The notes below the pieces were generated by a model that was not told the origin of the DNA, ran no database searches, and saw nothing but the letters and a program-made list of their open reading frames with translations. The translations under genes and the position numbers were made by a program. Shown in pieces: positions 34,656-46,365 of a stretch of DNA of 56,582 bases. Source of the DNA: Nemertoderma westbladi (lineage: Eukaryota > Animalia > Xenacoelomorpha); NCBI GenBank assembly GCA_032718475.1, contig JAUCBJ010007225.1:1-56582 (forward strand). Reading direction: 5' to 3'. How positions within the stretch are numbered: the stretch's first letter is position 1; every line of letters begins with the position of its first letter.

Positions 34656-36076
34656 AATGATGATAATACCAATTTGGTATGGGAGCCCATTTTTCACAAC
34701 TCCTCTACTAAAACGGGTGGAAATTAACCCAGCTCATCGGATTTGTCGGCCCTAAAAACCCTTATCCCCAAAAAATGTATTTGTTATATTATAAATGTAT
34801 TGTGGTTTTTAAACTAACACAAATAAATCAATTACACCTAAAATCAATAATCAATCACAATTATATTATGTGAAAAATCGCTAACATTAATGGATGTAAT
34901 GTGTTAATGAATGAATGTATTAAAAATTGGATAGTTTACAAGATATAGCAATTAATGTGTAACAGGCCAGTGAAAAAATTTTTCAAAAAAATAATGAAAT
35001 ATATTTTCAAATAATAAATATATATTACTTGGGAAAAATGTAGAACTTTTTCACTATTCACGAGGTAATTTATTTACCGAGCGCCATGCCAGCGAGGTTG
35101 ATAAATGGTCGAAAGAATATTCAAGTAAAGTTCCATGTTGTTCCCACGCAATATAATATATACTTATCCTTAAAAATTTGTACTTTTTTGTTGTCTAATT
35201 CTTTAAAATCAAATAGGCTGACTTGTCAGGACTTTCCAGAGTTCGCTATATTATGTAGGTCTGTCTGTCTGTTTGTCAATGTTATCTTTTGTATTATTAT
35301 GTTTAAATTATTACATTTGTTGAATAATTAATGATATAAATAATTAATACATGTTTTCTAGAACGTTGTGTATATATTAGAACGTTGTGGCTTTCTTTAA
35401 TAAAATATAGAGCGATTTAGTGGTACCGAATAAATTGAACTGCAGTATTTTACTATATTGCTTCCATAGTTACTGCGATTCATATTATTGTACTCTTCAA
35501 CTCCTGACGCTGCTTTACTCAAAGTTAAATAATTTAGTGTTCTCGAATATTTCGTCTCTAGAGAGCCGCTTAACTACATAAACCAATATTGGATATTGAG
35601 TTCCGTTTTGGAGTTCGTCTTGCAGACACTAAAGTTGCAAGTGCGACTTTACTCTCTTTTCTACTTCGATGATCTTTCAACACATGTAATACAATTTGGA
35701 AATTCTCAGAAATATTTATTTCTCATATTTTACTTGTCTTAATATATATATATCGGGGAAAAGAAAAATCCATGAAATCCTTTTGGTTACTTTTTTAGCT
35801 TTTAGCTAGGAAAAAGTAATAATAATATAATAATAATAATATATATATTTATATAGCGCTAATACCAAAATAAGACATTTAAGCTCTAAGCGCTTTTATT
35901 TCTAAAAATGAGTCCAGGTACCAGTTTTTAAAATAATCCAAAGATTAAATCACTTAGCGATCTACTAAGGTGAGTTCAGTTAAAATAAATACTTGATTTA
36001 AAAAACTTTAAAAACGCGCAGCAGGAGATAGGTAATTACTAATTACAATTATAAATTCGACGATGAATCCTCCCTT

Positions 36077-39000
36077 TCACGATTGGTATTCTTCAATGAA
36101 GTGGTGTGTCTTAAGACGCGATTTAAATAGTGTTAATGAGTTAATGTGCCGCAATTCACTCGGGAGTGCATTCCAGACTAGTGGGCCCGCAATAGAGAAT
36201 GCTCGGCGTCCATAGTTGCTAAGATTATATCTCGGGACAGACAATAAATTAGCAGATCCAGATCGCAAATCACGAGGTGGTTCATATCTATTGAGAAGAT
36301 CCGTTAAATATTGTGGTGCTAGGCCATGCAAACATTTAAAAACAGTCATTGCGATCTTGAAGTCGATTCTACGCTTAACTGGCAACCAATGTAATTGCTT
36401 TAAAACTGGTGTAATATGATCCCTCCTACCGATTTTACATAGTAACCGCGCAGCACAGTTTTGGACGTATTGTAATCGCTTTATGGACTTATTGGATAAT
36501 CCGAAATAAAGAGCATTATTGGAGTCCAATCTAGATGATATCAATGCGTGAATTACTGTTTTAAGATGGTTTTTAGGTAGGTATAACTGTATGCGCGACA
36601 AGTTTCTCAGTTGATGAAAGCAACTACGAACCACATTAGAGATTTGTTTATCAAACATCATATGTTGATCGACAACAAAGCCAATATTCCGTGCAGAGGA
36701 AGTATTAAACACCTGGTTATTTTCAATATGCAAACTTTGAGTTGGCACTAGTTGGGAGAACTTTGACTGACATACTATGAATTCTGTTTTGTCAGGGTTC
36801 ATCTTCATCCAGTGTCTAGTCATCCATTGCTTTACTTCAATTATACATTTTTCACTTAACAGTATCGCATTAGACAAGTTTTCACGCTTGAACGAAATAT
36901 ATATTTGTGTATCGTCGGCATACAAATGATACCCAAGACCATATTTAGCAATAACGCGGGATAGTGACCGAGTATACAGTGTGAAAAGCAGGGGTCCAAG
37001 TACCGAACCTTGTGGTACACCATACCGCAATGTTCTGGAAGCAGATTGTGCTGAGCCTATCTGAACCTTCTGTGTCCGATCTGACAAATAAGATTTGAAC
37101 CAATTTAGAGTCTGGCCGTAGATACCAAAATCGTTCTTTAGAGTGGAAAGCAATATATCGTGATCGATCGAATCGAAAGCAGCGGATAAATCTAGCATTA
37201 TCAAAATAACACTCTCACCATCATCAATGCATCGTAAAACGTCGTTATTTACACGCAATAAGGCGGTCTCAACACTGTGTGCGCTACGATAGGCACTCTG
37301 AAAAGGTTCATGTAGTGAGTTTATAGTTAAATGATGCATTAACTGTCTTGCAACTACTCTCTCCGTGAGTTTAGCTATATACTTTAGATTAGATATTGGT
37401 CTGAAGTTGTTTAGAACATTTGGATCAAGGCGCACTTTCTTAATAAGGGGCCGTAATATTGACTCCTTGAAGAGGATCGGTACTTTTGCAGTAGAGAGTG
37501 ATAAGTTGATGATTAATACAAACACTGGAATCAATAAGTGGATGCAACCCTTCAGGATTGTAGAAGGTAGGGGATCTCCGGGACCGGTTTTTATTGGTGT
37601 CGTTTTAACAAGATCAGATAAAGATTGCACTGTTACTGGTTCAAACTCGGTGAAAAGCTCGCTTGAAGAGGTGATGTTACTTTGTGATACAGATACATCC
37701 TTCTCATTTTCACAATCATTAATTCCAGCATATCCTTCAGAAATATCCTGACGTATTTCTTGGACTTTAGTATCAAAGAATTTTGAAAAATCTTCGCATA
37801 ACATCATATCATTATCACGAGATGGCAGCACATTTGCACTGTTGGGGGACACTAAAAATTGAATTGTCTTGTATAAAACCCGTTGATCACCACCACCAGC
37901 TTCTATGATGCCTTTATAGTAGTCTCTCTTTGTGTTATCAATTAACTTTGACAATTTCCGACAGTGATCACGATATATAAGTAGATCGCAAGTTAATTTA
38001 GACTTCCGATAGTGTCTTTCCAATTGCCTTCTGACACGCTTTGCTTGAGCTATTTCTGTGGTGTACCATTTTCCACTGATTGTTCGTGGCTTTGACGATT
38101 TCTGGCGTAAAGGAGCGTGCTTATCTAAGATATTCAATAATACATTATCAAAATTTGCAGCAAATTCATTTATATCACTTGGGTCATCAGCCTGATTAAA
38201 TAATGTACTTTGTTGAATGTCTTGCAATAATACATTGATATTAATAGATTTTAACTTACTTGTTCTGGTCCAATCTTCTTTTATTTTAGGTTTTCTGTGA
38301 AGAAAGGTAAATTGAACAGGAAAATGATCTGAAAGACCTATGTCCTTGACATTTACATTATTAATATCCAAACTGGTTTCATCACGTACTAAGATCAAAT
38401 CCAAAGTGTTACCACATCGATGAGTAGGTTCAGTAACGAGTTGGATTAGGCCAAAGCAATTACACAACTCATTGAACTCCATTGCGTCCTTATTATTGAT
38501 TATATCGTTCATGTGAAAGTTGAAATCTCCTACCATTATTAGTTCACCGGGGGCAAGGACAATACATTGCATAAAATCTGAGAATTCAGAAATAAAATTG
38601 TCGACAGTGAGCTTATTTTTAGTTGAAGGATGTATTCTATAGATAATGATAATTCGAATTAAGGTATCGGATTTACTACAGGTTAGCTCCATAAATTCGA
38701 AGGATTTGTATTGTAATGATTTATCTGTTTTATCCTTCAGATCAAGCTGAATTTTTGACACACAAGCTATTCCACCCCCGCTTTGAGCAATTTGACTATA
38801 TATTCTAGGGTTTTGTTGGAACCTGTAGATCAGATCACTAGTGAAAGTATTTTCAACTGGTATGTCATCATCATTACCTGACAACCATGACTCAGTGACA
38901 GCCAAAATATCAATATTATTTTCATCCATAAAATCACGTAAATAATCTGCTTTGTGACGCAGAGAGCGCGTATTAATATTACAAAATTTAATATAATCTA

Positions 39001-41431
39001 ATTTACGTTGATCTATCAAGTTTCCAGCTGAACTGTTTACATTATTGACAATATCATTACTGCCGGTACAGCCGGTACCGGATATATAATCGATGGTAAC
39101 GAGACTGTTTACATTATTGACACTTTCATTACAGGCCGAATCATAATCACTAACATTTCCAGAACTGTCTACATTATTGACAATGTCATTACTGCCGGTA
39201 CCGGATATATAATCGTTGGTAACGAGACTGTTTACATTATTGACACTTTCATTACAGGTTGATTTATAATCACTAACATTTCCAGAACTGTCTACATTAT
39301 TGACAATATCATTACTGCCGGTACCGGATATATAATCACCGGTAACAAGACTGTTTACATTATTGACACTTTCATTACAGGTTGATTTATAATCACTAAC
39401 ATTTCCAGAACTGTCTACATTATTGACAATATCATTACTGCCGGTACCGGATATATAATCATCGGTAACGAGACTGTTTACATTATTGATACTTTCATTA
39501 CAGGTTGATTTATAATCACTAACATTTCCAGAACTGTCTACATTATTGACAATATCATTACTGCCGGTACTGCCGGTACCGGATATATAATCGATGGTAA
39601 CGAGACTGCTTACATTATTGACACTTTCATTACAGGTTGATTTATAATCACTAACATTTCCAGAACTGTCTACATTATTGACAATGTCATTACTGCCGGT
39701 ACCGGATATATAATCGTTGGTAACGAGACTGTTTACATTATTGACACTTTCATTACAGGTTGATTTATAATCACTAACATTTCCAGAACTGTCTACATTA
39801 TTGACAATATCATTACTGCCGGTACCGGATATATAATCACCGGTAACAAGACTGTTTACATTATTGACACTTTCATTACAGGTTGATTTATAATCACTAA
39901 CATTTCCAGAACTGTCCACATTATTGACAATGTCAATACTGCCGGTACCGGGTATATAATCGTTGGTAACGAGACTGTTTACATTATTGACACTTTCATT
40001 ACAGGTTGATTTATAATCACTAACATTTCCAGAACTGTCCACATTATTGACAATGTCAATACTGCCGGTACCGGGTATATAATCGTTGGTAACGAGACTG
40101 TTCACATTATTGACACTTTCATTACAGGCCGAATCATAATCACTAACATTTCCAGAACTGTCTACATTATTGACAATATCATTACTGCCGGTACCGGATA
40201 TATAATCACCGGTAACAAGACTGTTTACATTATTGACACTTTCATTACAGGTTGATTTATAATCACTAACATTTCCAGAACTGTCTACATTATTGACAAT
40301 ATCATTACTGCCGGTACCGGATATATAATCACCGGTAACGAGACTGTTTACATTATTGACACTTTCATTACAGGTTGATTTATAATCACTAACATTTCCA
40401 GAACTGTCTACATTATTGACAATATCATTACTGCCGGTACCGGATATATAATCACCGGTAACGAGACTGTTTACATTATTGACACTTTCATTACAGGCCG
40501 AATCATAATCACTAACATTTCCAGAACTGTCTACATTATTGACAATATCATTACTGCCGGTACCGGATATATAATCACCGGTAACAAGACTGTTTACATT
40601 ATTGACACTTTCATTACAGGTTGATTTATAATCACTAACATTTCCAGAACTGTCCACATTATTGACAATGTCAATACTGCCGGTACCGGGTATATAATCG
40701 TTGGTAACGAGACTGTTCACATTATTGACACTTTCATTACAGGCCGAATCATAATCACTAACATTTCCAGAACTGTCTACATTATTGACAATATCATTAC
40801 TGCCGGTACCGGATATATAATCACCGGTAACAAGACTGTTTACATTATTGACACTTTCATTACAGGTTGATTTATAATCACTAACATTTCCAGAACTGTC
40901 CACATTATTGACAATGTCAATACTGCCGGTACCGGGTATATAATCGTTGGTAACGAGACTGTTCACATTATTGACACTTTCATTACAGGCCGAATCATAA
41001 TCACTAACATTTCCAGAACTGTCTACATTATTGACAATATCATTACTGCCGGTACCGGATATATAATCACCGGTAACAAGACTGTTTACATTATTGACAC
41101 TTTCATTACAGGTTGATTTATAATCACTAACATTTCCAGAACTGTCTACATTATTGACAATATCATTACTGCCGGTACCGGATATATAATCATCGGTAAC
41201 GAGACTGTTTACATTATTGACACTTTCATTACAGGTTGATTTATAATCACTAACATTTCCAGAACTGTCTACATTATTGACAATATCATTACTGCCGGTA
41301 CCGGATATATAATCACCGGTAACAAGACTGTTTACATTATTGACACTTTCATTACAGGTTGATTTATAATCACTAACATTTCCAGACCTGTCTACATTAT
41401 TGACAATGTTATTACTGCCGGTACCGGATAT
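36077..41431 (-). CDS. L2 ORF2 (APE endonuclease + RT) in frame with N-terminal 41-aa repeats
   Basis: NINTRSL, VTESWL, GGGI, GDFN, TLDL, SDH; NFRPISNL, QSAYR, DLSAAFD, GVPQGSVLGP, YADDTQ, SRLDSNN, HITPVLKQLHWLP, WNALP. The frame is open up to the TAA at 41432-41434. Confidence 0.9.
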   Translation of the reverse strand: MSGTGSNNIVNNVDRSGNVSDYKSTCNESVNNVNSLVTGDYISGTGSNDIVNNVDSSGNVSDYKSTCNESVNNVNSLVTDDYISGTGSNDIVNNVDSSGNVSDYKSTCNESVNNVNSLVTGDYISGTGSNDIVNNVDSSGNVSDYDSACNESVNNVNSLVTNDYIPGTGSIDIVNNVDSSGNVSDYKSTCNESVNNVNSLVTGDYISGTGSNDIVNNVDSSGNVSDYDSACNESVNNVNSLVTNDYIPGTGSIDIVNNVDSSGNVSDYKSTCNESVNNVNSLVTGDYISGTGSNDIVNNVDSSGNVSDYDSACNESVNNVNSLVTGDYISGTGSNDIVNNVDSSGNVSDYKSTCNESVNNVNSLVTGDYISGTGSNDIVNNVDSSGNVSDYKSTCNESVNNVNSLVTGDYISGTGSNDIVNNVDSSGNVSDYDSACNESVNNVNSLVTNDYIPGTGSIDIVNNVDSSGNVSDYKSTCNESVNNVNSLVTNDYIPGTGSIDIVNNVDSSGNVSDYKSTCNESVNNVNSLVTGDYISGTGSNDIVNNVDSSGNVSDYKSTCNESVNNVNSLVTNDYISGTGSNDIVNNVDSSGNVSDYKSTCNESVNNVSSLVTIDYISGTGSTGSNDIVNNVDSSGNVSDYKSTCNESINNVNSLVTDDYISGTGSNDIVNNVDSSGNVSDYKSTCNESVNNVNSLVTGDYISGTGSNDIVNNVDSSGNVSDYKSTCNESVNNVNSLVTNDYISGTGSNDIVNNVDSSGNVSDYDSACNESVNNVNSLVTIDYISGTGCTGSNDIVNNVNSSAGNLIDQRKLDYIKFCNINTRSLRHKADYLRDFMDENNIDILAVTESWLSGNDDDIPVENTFTSDLIYRFQQNPRIYSQIAQSGGGIACVSKIQLDLKDKTDKSLQYKSFEFMELTCSKSDTLIRIIIIYRIHPSTKNKLTVDNFISEFSDFMQCIVLAPGELIMVGDFNFHMNDIINNKDAMEFNELCNCFGLIQLVTEPTHRCGNTLDLILVRDETSLDINNVNVKDIGLSDHFPVQFTFLHRKPKIKEDWTRTSKLKSININVLLQDIQQSTLFNQADDPSDINEFAANFDNVLLNILDKHAPLRQKSSKPRTISGKWYTTEIAQAKRVRRQLERHYRKSKLTCDLLIYRDHCRKLSKLIDNTKRDYYKGIIEAGGGDQRVLYKTIQFLVSPNSANVLPSRDNDMMLCEDFSKFFDTKVQEIRQDISEGYAGINDCENEKDVSVSQSNITSSSELFTEFEPVTVQSLSDLVKTTPIKTGPGDPLPSTILKGCIHLLIPVFVLIINLSLSTAKVPILFKESILRPLIKKVRLDPNVLNNFRPISNLKYIAKLTERVVARQLMHHLTINSLHEPFQSAYRSAHSVETALLRVNNDVLRCIDDGESVILIMLDLSAAFDSIDHDILLSTLKNDFGIYGQTLNWFKSYLSDRTQKVQIGSAQSASRTLRYGVPQGSVLGPLLFTLYTRSLSRVIAKYGLGYHLYADDTQIYISFKRENLSNAILLSEKCIIEVKQWMTRHWMKMNPDKTEFIVCQSKFSQLVPTQSLHIENNQVFNTSSARNIGFVVDQHMMFDKQISNVVRSCFHQLRNLSRIQLYLPKNHLKTVIHALISSRLDSNNALYFGLSNKSIKRLQYVQNCAARLLCKIGRRDHITPVLKQLHWLPVKRRIDFKIAMTVFKCLHGLAPQYLTDLLNRYEPPRDLRSGSANLLSVPRYNLSNYGRRAFSIAGPLVWNALPSELRHINSLTLFKSRLKTHHFIEEYQS

Positions 41432-44237
41432 TTAATCGTTGGTAACGAGACTGTTTACATTATTGACACTTTCATTACAGGTTGATTTATAATCACTAAC
41501 ATTTCCAGACTCGTCCACATTATTGACAATGTCATTACTGCCGGTACCGGATATATAATCATTGGTATCGGGACTGTTTACATTAATGACACTTTCATTA
41601 CAGGTTGATTTATAATCACTAACATTTCCAGAACTGTCTACATTATTGACAATATCATTACTGCCGGTACCGGATATATAATCACCGGTAACGAGACTGT
41701 TTACATTATTGACACTTTCATTACAGGTTGATTTATAATCACTAACATTTCCAGAACTGTCCACATTATTGACAATGTCAATACTGCCGGTACCGGGTAT
41801 ATAATCGTTGGTAACGAGACTGTTTACATTATTGACACTTTCATTACAGGTTGATTTATAATCACTAACATTTCCAGAACTGTCTACATTATTGACAATG
41901 TTATTACTGCCGGTACCGGATATATAATCACCGGTAACAAGACTGTTTACATTATTGACACTTTCATTACAGGTTGATTTATAATCACTAACATTTCCAG
42001 AACTGTCTACATTATTGACAATATCATTACTGCCGGTACCGGATATATAATCACCGGTAACGAGACTGTTTACATTATTGACACTTTCATTACAGGTTGA
42101 TTTATAATCACTAACATTTCCAGAACTGTCTACATTATTGACAATATCATTACTGCCGGTACCGGATATATAATCACCGGTAACGAGACTGTTTACATTA
42201 TTGACACTTTCATTACAGGTTGATTTATAATCACTAACATTTCCAGAACTGTCTACATTATTGACAATATCATTACTGCCGGTACCGGATATATAATCAC
42301 CGGTAACGAGACTGTTTACATTATTGACACTTTCATTACAGGTTGATTTATAATCACTAACATTTCCAGAACTGTCTACATTATTGACAATATCATTACT
42401 GCCGGTACCGGATATATAATCACCGGTAACGAGACTGTTTACATTATTGACACTTTCATTACAGGTTGATTTATAATCACTAACATTTCCAGAACTGTCC
42501 ACATTATTGACAATGTCAATACTGCCGGTACCGGGTATATAATCGTTGGTAACGAGACTGTTTACATTATTGACACTTTCATTACAGGTTGATTTATAAT
42601 CACTAACATTTCCAGAACTGTCTACATTATTGACAATGTTATTACTGCCGGTACCGGATATATAATCACCGGTAACAAGACTGTTTACATTATTGACACT
42701 TTCATTACAGGTTGATTTATAATCACTAACATTTCCAGAACTGTCTACATTATTGACAATATCATTACTGCCGGTACCGGATATATAATCACCGGTAACG
42801 AGACTGTTTACATTATTGACACTTTCATTACAGGTTGATTTATAATCACTAACATTTCCAGAACTGTCCACATTATTGACAATGTCAATACTGCCGGTAC
42901 CGGGTATATAATCGTTGGTAACGAGACTGTTCACATTATTGACACTTTCATTACAGGCCGAATCATAATCACTAACATTTCCAGAACTGTCTACATTATT
43001 GACAATATCATTACTGCCGGTACCGGATATATAATCACCGGTAACAAGACTGTTTACATTATTGACACTTTCATTACAGGTTGATTTATAATCACTAACA
43101 TTTCCAGAACTGTCTACATTATTGACAATATCATTACTGCCGGTACCGGATATATAATCATCGGTAACGAGACTGTTTACATTATTGACACTTTCATTAC
43201 AGGTTGATTTATAATCACTAACATTTCCAGAACTGTCTACATTATTGACAATATCATTACTGCCGGTACCGGATATATAATCACCGGTAACAAGACTGTT
43301 TACATTATTGACACTTTCATTACAGGTTGATTTATAATCACTAACATTTCCAGACCTGTCTACATTATTGACAATGTTATTACTGCCGGTACCGGATATT
43401 TAATCGTTGGTAACGAGACTGTTTACATTATTGACACTTTCATTACAGGTTGATTTATAATCACTAACATTTCCAGACTCGTCCACATTATTGACAATGT
43501 CATTACTGCCGGTACCGGATATATAATCATTGGTATCGGGACTGTTTACATTAATGACACTTTCATTACAGGTTGATTTATAATCACTAACATTTCCAGA
43601 ACTGTCTACATTATTGACAATATCATTACTGCCGGTACCGGATATATAATCACCGGTAACGAGACTGTTTACATTATTGACACTTTCATTACAGGTTGAT
43701 TTATAATCACTAACATTTCCAGAACTGTCCACATTATTGACAATGTCAATACTGCCGGTACCGGGTATATAATCGTTGGTAACGAGACTGTTTACATTAT
43801 TGACACTTTCATTACAGGTTGATTTATAATCACTAACATTTCCAGAACTGTCTACATTATTGACAATGTTATTACTGCCGGTACCGGATATATAATCACC
43901 GGTAACAAGACTGTTTACATTATTGACACTTTCATTACAGGTTGATTTATAATCACTAACATTTCCAGAACTGTCTACATTATTGACAATATCATTACTG
44001 CCGGTACTGCCGGTACCGGATATATAATCGATGGTAACGAGACTGCTTACATTATTGACACTTTCATTACAGGTTGATTTATAATCACTAACATTTCCAG
44101 AACTGTCTACATTATTGACAATATCATTACTGCCGGTACCGGATATATAATCACCGGTAACAAGACTGTTTACATTATTGACACTTTCATTACAGGTTGA
44201 TTTATAATCACTAACATTTCCGGAACTGTCTACATTA
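39030..44237 (-). repeat. 123-bp tandem array (~42 units), each a 63+60-bp dimer encoding 41 aa, with a 1968-bp higher-order duplication
   Basis: CCGGTACCGG recurs every 123 bp (e.g. 39195, 39318). Unit VNNVNSLVTGDYISGTGSNDI + VNNVDSSGNVSDYKSTCNES. The same stop variant lies at 41432 and 43400. Confidence 0.97.
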
Positions 44238-45049
44238 GTAGACAGTTCCGGTACCTCTTTCTTTCCTGATTTTAGGGTATATTCGAGCGAAAAGTAGCAT
44301 TTTAAGAATTTGTTGATGTATAAATTTATGGTCATGTGGATGGGGCGAGCCATGTTATATGGCAAGACCATATTACTACCATCACTTTTGGAGAAAAATT
44401 ATTTCCTGTTAATTAATAATGCATTAATACATCAACTCTAATTGATCATATTATAATATAAAAACAATATTACACTATATAATAATAGGAATACGAAAAA
44501 CCTAAACGCAACATTTAATACAATGCAAAAGAACTGATAGTTTTCCACTGCTGGGACAGTAATGAAATAATACTCTTCTATTCTAACACCCCCCATAATT
44601 TATTAACGACAGACACCCTTATAGTTATAGGAAGTGAGACACGATAATTTAACATTTCAACAGTTCCTTTATTATTAGTTTTTATAGTTAAAAAATAATA
44701 ATAAAGGGCTTGATTAAGCTAAACTTGATTAAGTACTTTCTTTGATATTGCAATCAATGTTAGGGTGAAATGTGAACATATTAACAATATGTTTATCATT
44801 TTTATATTAAGTATATCATTTATAAATTATAAGGCATAAGCCTAGATATAAAGATATATTCGTACTTTTTCATAATATATTTATTAAATTATTATATAGT
44901 TATGTAAACGATTATGATTTAATTAAATTGTATTTAATGGGTGAACCTTTTTTTCACTGATATCTAGAACAACACAACTCCAATAAATCTAAATATATAC
45001 AAAATAATTACAAAATCAAATACTAAAATCAGGAAATTACTCCTACTTT

Positions 45050-46297
45050 TTACCTATAACCATGGTTACATGGTGTTAACGCTTTATCTATTCGCGACGG
45101 CTGCACCATCTCTTTGAGTTTACTCAAGAAATGCGAGTCGTCCGGGGTAATATTACCGAGACTGTGTTTGTGAATGAGTCCGTCCCCGGCCACAGTGAAT
45201 ACGGAGAACGCATCGAAGGAGTACAAGTAGGGGAACAACCGGAAGCGATTTATACGAATTCGCCAACGTACTGATACCTCGCCTCGCTCGGGATCCGGAC
45301 TCATTGAGAGTACCTGGATAGTGGAGCCGCGGCCGTGAACAACGATGTAGAACCACTTGAAACAGCCGAGGAGGAACCTATACGGGAGAATTCCCTGGCA
45401 GGAGAATCTGAAAGGTTTAACCGTCTCGAAAAATATGTTTTTATGGATGAGTTTCGTGCCGAGAGGAAGTTGGAAAAAAAGCGGCATAAGGGAGTAAAGG
45501 TTGTCGCATACGAGAGCCAACTGCTCGGGGGATGCTCGGCGTAGTTCCGGAGGGAGTTGGGACCCGTCGGATTTACTGCGAGTCGCGATGGGCGGGTGAA
45601 TTACCGGCGGCGGAGTGAAGTAGTCCGCGGATAGTGAGGGTCCGTTAGTTGGCGAAGTCACGTTGTCCCAAACACAGGAACCTTTTGGATCCCGGACCAA
45701 ATGTAGATTAGTAGGCCTACTAGGGCTATTAGCGGTATTATTATATGTAAGCGAGCTGCACAACGCTACCTGTGATAATAATAAACCGGGACTGGGTTGT
45801 CTTTCCCAGGTAACAACACTGTCAACAGTAGCATTGATACTGACCAGTGGAACGTTGTCTAAATGATACTTCTCCAATTTATTATTTCGTACCGGTACCG
45901 GTACCAAAGGGCCGCCTACTTTCTTTATTTTCCGATCAAATTGCTGTAAGTGATAAAGTTTATTTAACCGACTATCGTTACCTTTACCGGGAAACGCGGG
46001 AAGGAAACATTCGAGAGGGATTCTTGGCTGACCTAATCGCGATATCATCTGCACGTTGCACGTATTAGTGGACCCATAAAAACGCTGTTGTTGCAAATTG
46101 AAATCGAATTGTGATTGGATGAAAGGGCCGTGTTTGTTGTGTTTTGAATACCATAAATTATGTGATGTAGGCCGAGTGGTAGTTGGTCTTAATACCGGTA
46201 GTAAATCGTGTGCACATTTTGGAAAGGTTAACAAATCCGAATTCCCTCGCATCCACGTTATTAGAGTTACCGGTGTAGAGAACTTTACCGCATACAT
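45050..46297 (-). CDS. C6orf136-like protein (DUF2358 family), single coding exon
   Basis: C-terminal LMPLFF...QGILPY...IQVLSMSPDPERGEVSVRWRI...FDAFSVFTVAGDGLIHKHSLGNITPD matches the recalled C6orf136 pattern. First ATG at 46297, frame uninterrupted. Confidence 0.8.
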   Translation of the reverse strand: MYAVKFSTPVTLITWMRGNSDLLTFPKCAHDLLPVLRPTTTRPTSHNLWYSKHNKHGPFIQSQFDFNLQQQRFYGSTNTCNVQMISRLGQPRIPLECFLPAFPGKGNDSRLNKLYHLQQFDRKIKKVGGPLVPVPVRNNKLEKYHLDNVPLVSINATVDSVVTWERQPSPGLLLSQVALCSSLTYNNTANSPSRPTNLHLVRDPKGSCVWDNVTSPTNGPSLSADYFTPPPVIHPPIATRSKSDGSQLPPELRRASPEQLALVCDNLYSLMPLFFQLPLGTKLIHKNIFFETVKPFRFSCQGILPYRFLLGCFKWFYIVVHGRGSTIQVLSMSPDPERGEVSVRWRIRINRFRLFPYLYSFDAFSVFTVAGDGLIHKHSLGNITPDDSHFLSKLKEMVQPSRIDKALTPCNHGYR

Positions 46298-46365
46298 CGC
46301 GCTTGCGCTTGATCTACAAATCAATTTAAACAGTTAAATGCAGAAATATAACGACAAACAAGCTT

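Larger units (their letters stand above)
35817..44251 (-). mobile_element. L2-clade LINE, 5'-truncated within a long tandem array
   Basis: Intact EN-RT, 3' AAAGCGCT...AGCGCTATATAAA stem and (ATT)n tail at 35817-35897. The array ends in a fold-back at 44220-44251. No TSD identified. Confidence 0.88.

Noticed and set aside
35069-35290. Helentron/DINE-like fragment with (GTCT)n, and a similar hairpin at 12612-12635
   Set aside because: Only isolated hallmarks are visible and no boundaries can be supported.
39030-44237. CRISPR-like array
   Set aside because: Units are near-identical along their whole length with no unique spacers, no cas genes, and a eukaryotic context.
44252-44371. ATG at 44371 as the true start of a giant repeat-RT protein
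   Set aside because: It lies beyond the fold-back junction, has no recognisable motif, and two in-frame stops follow. Not fully excluded.
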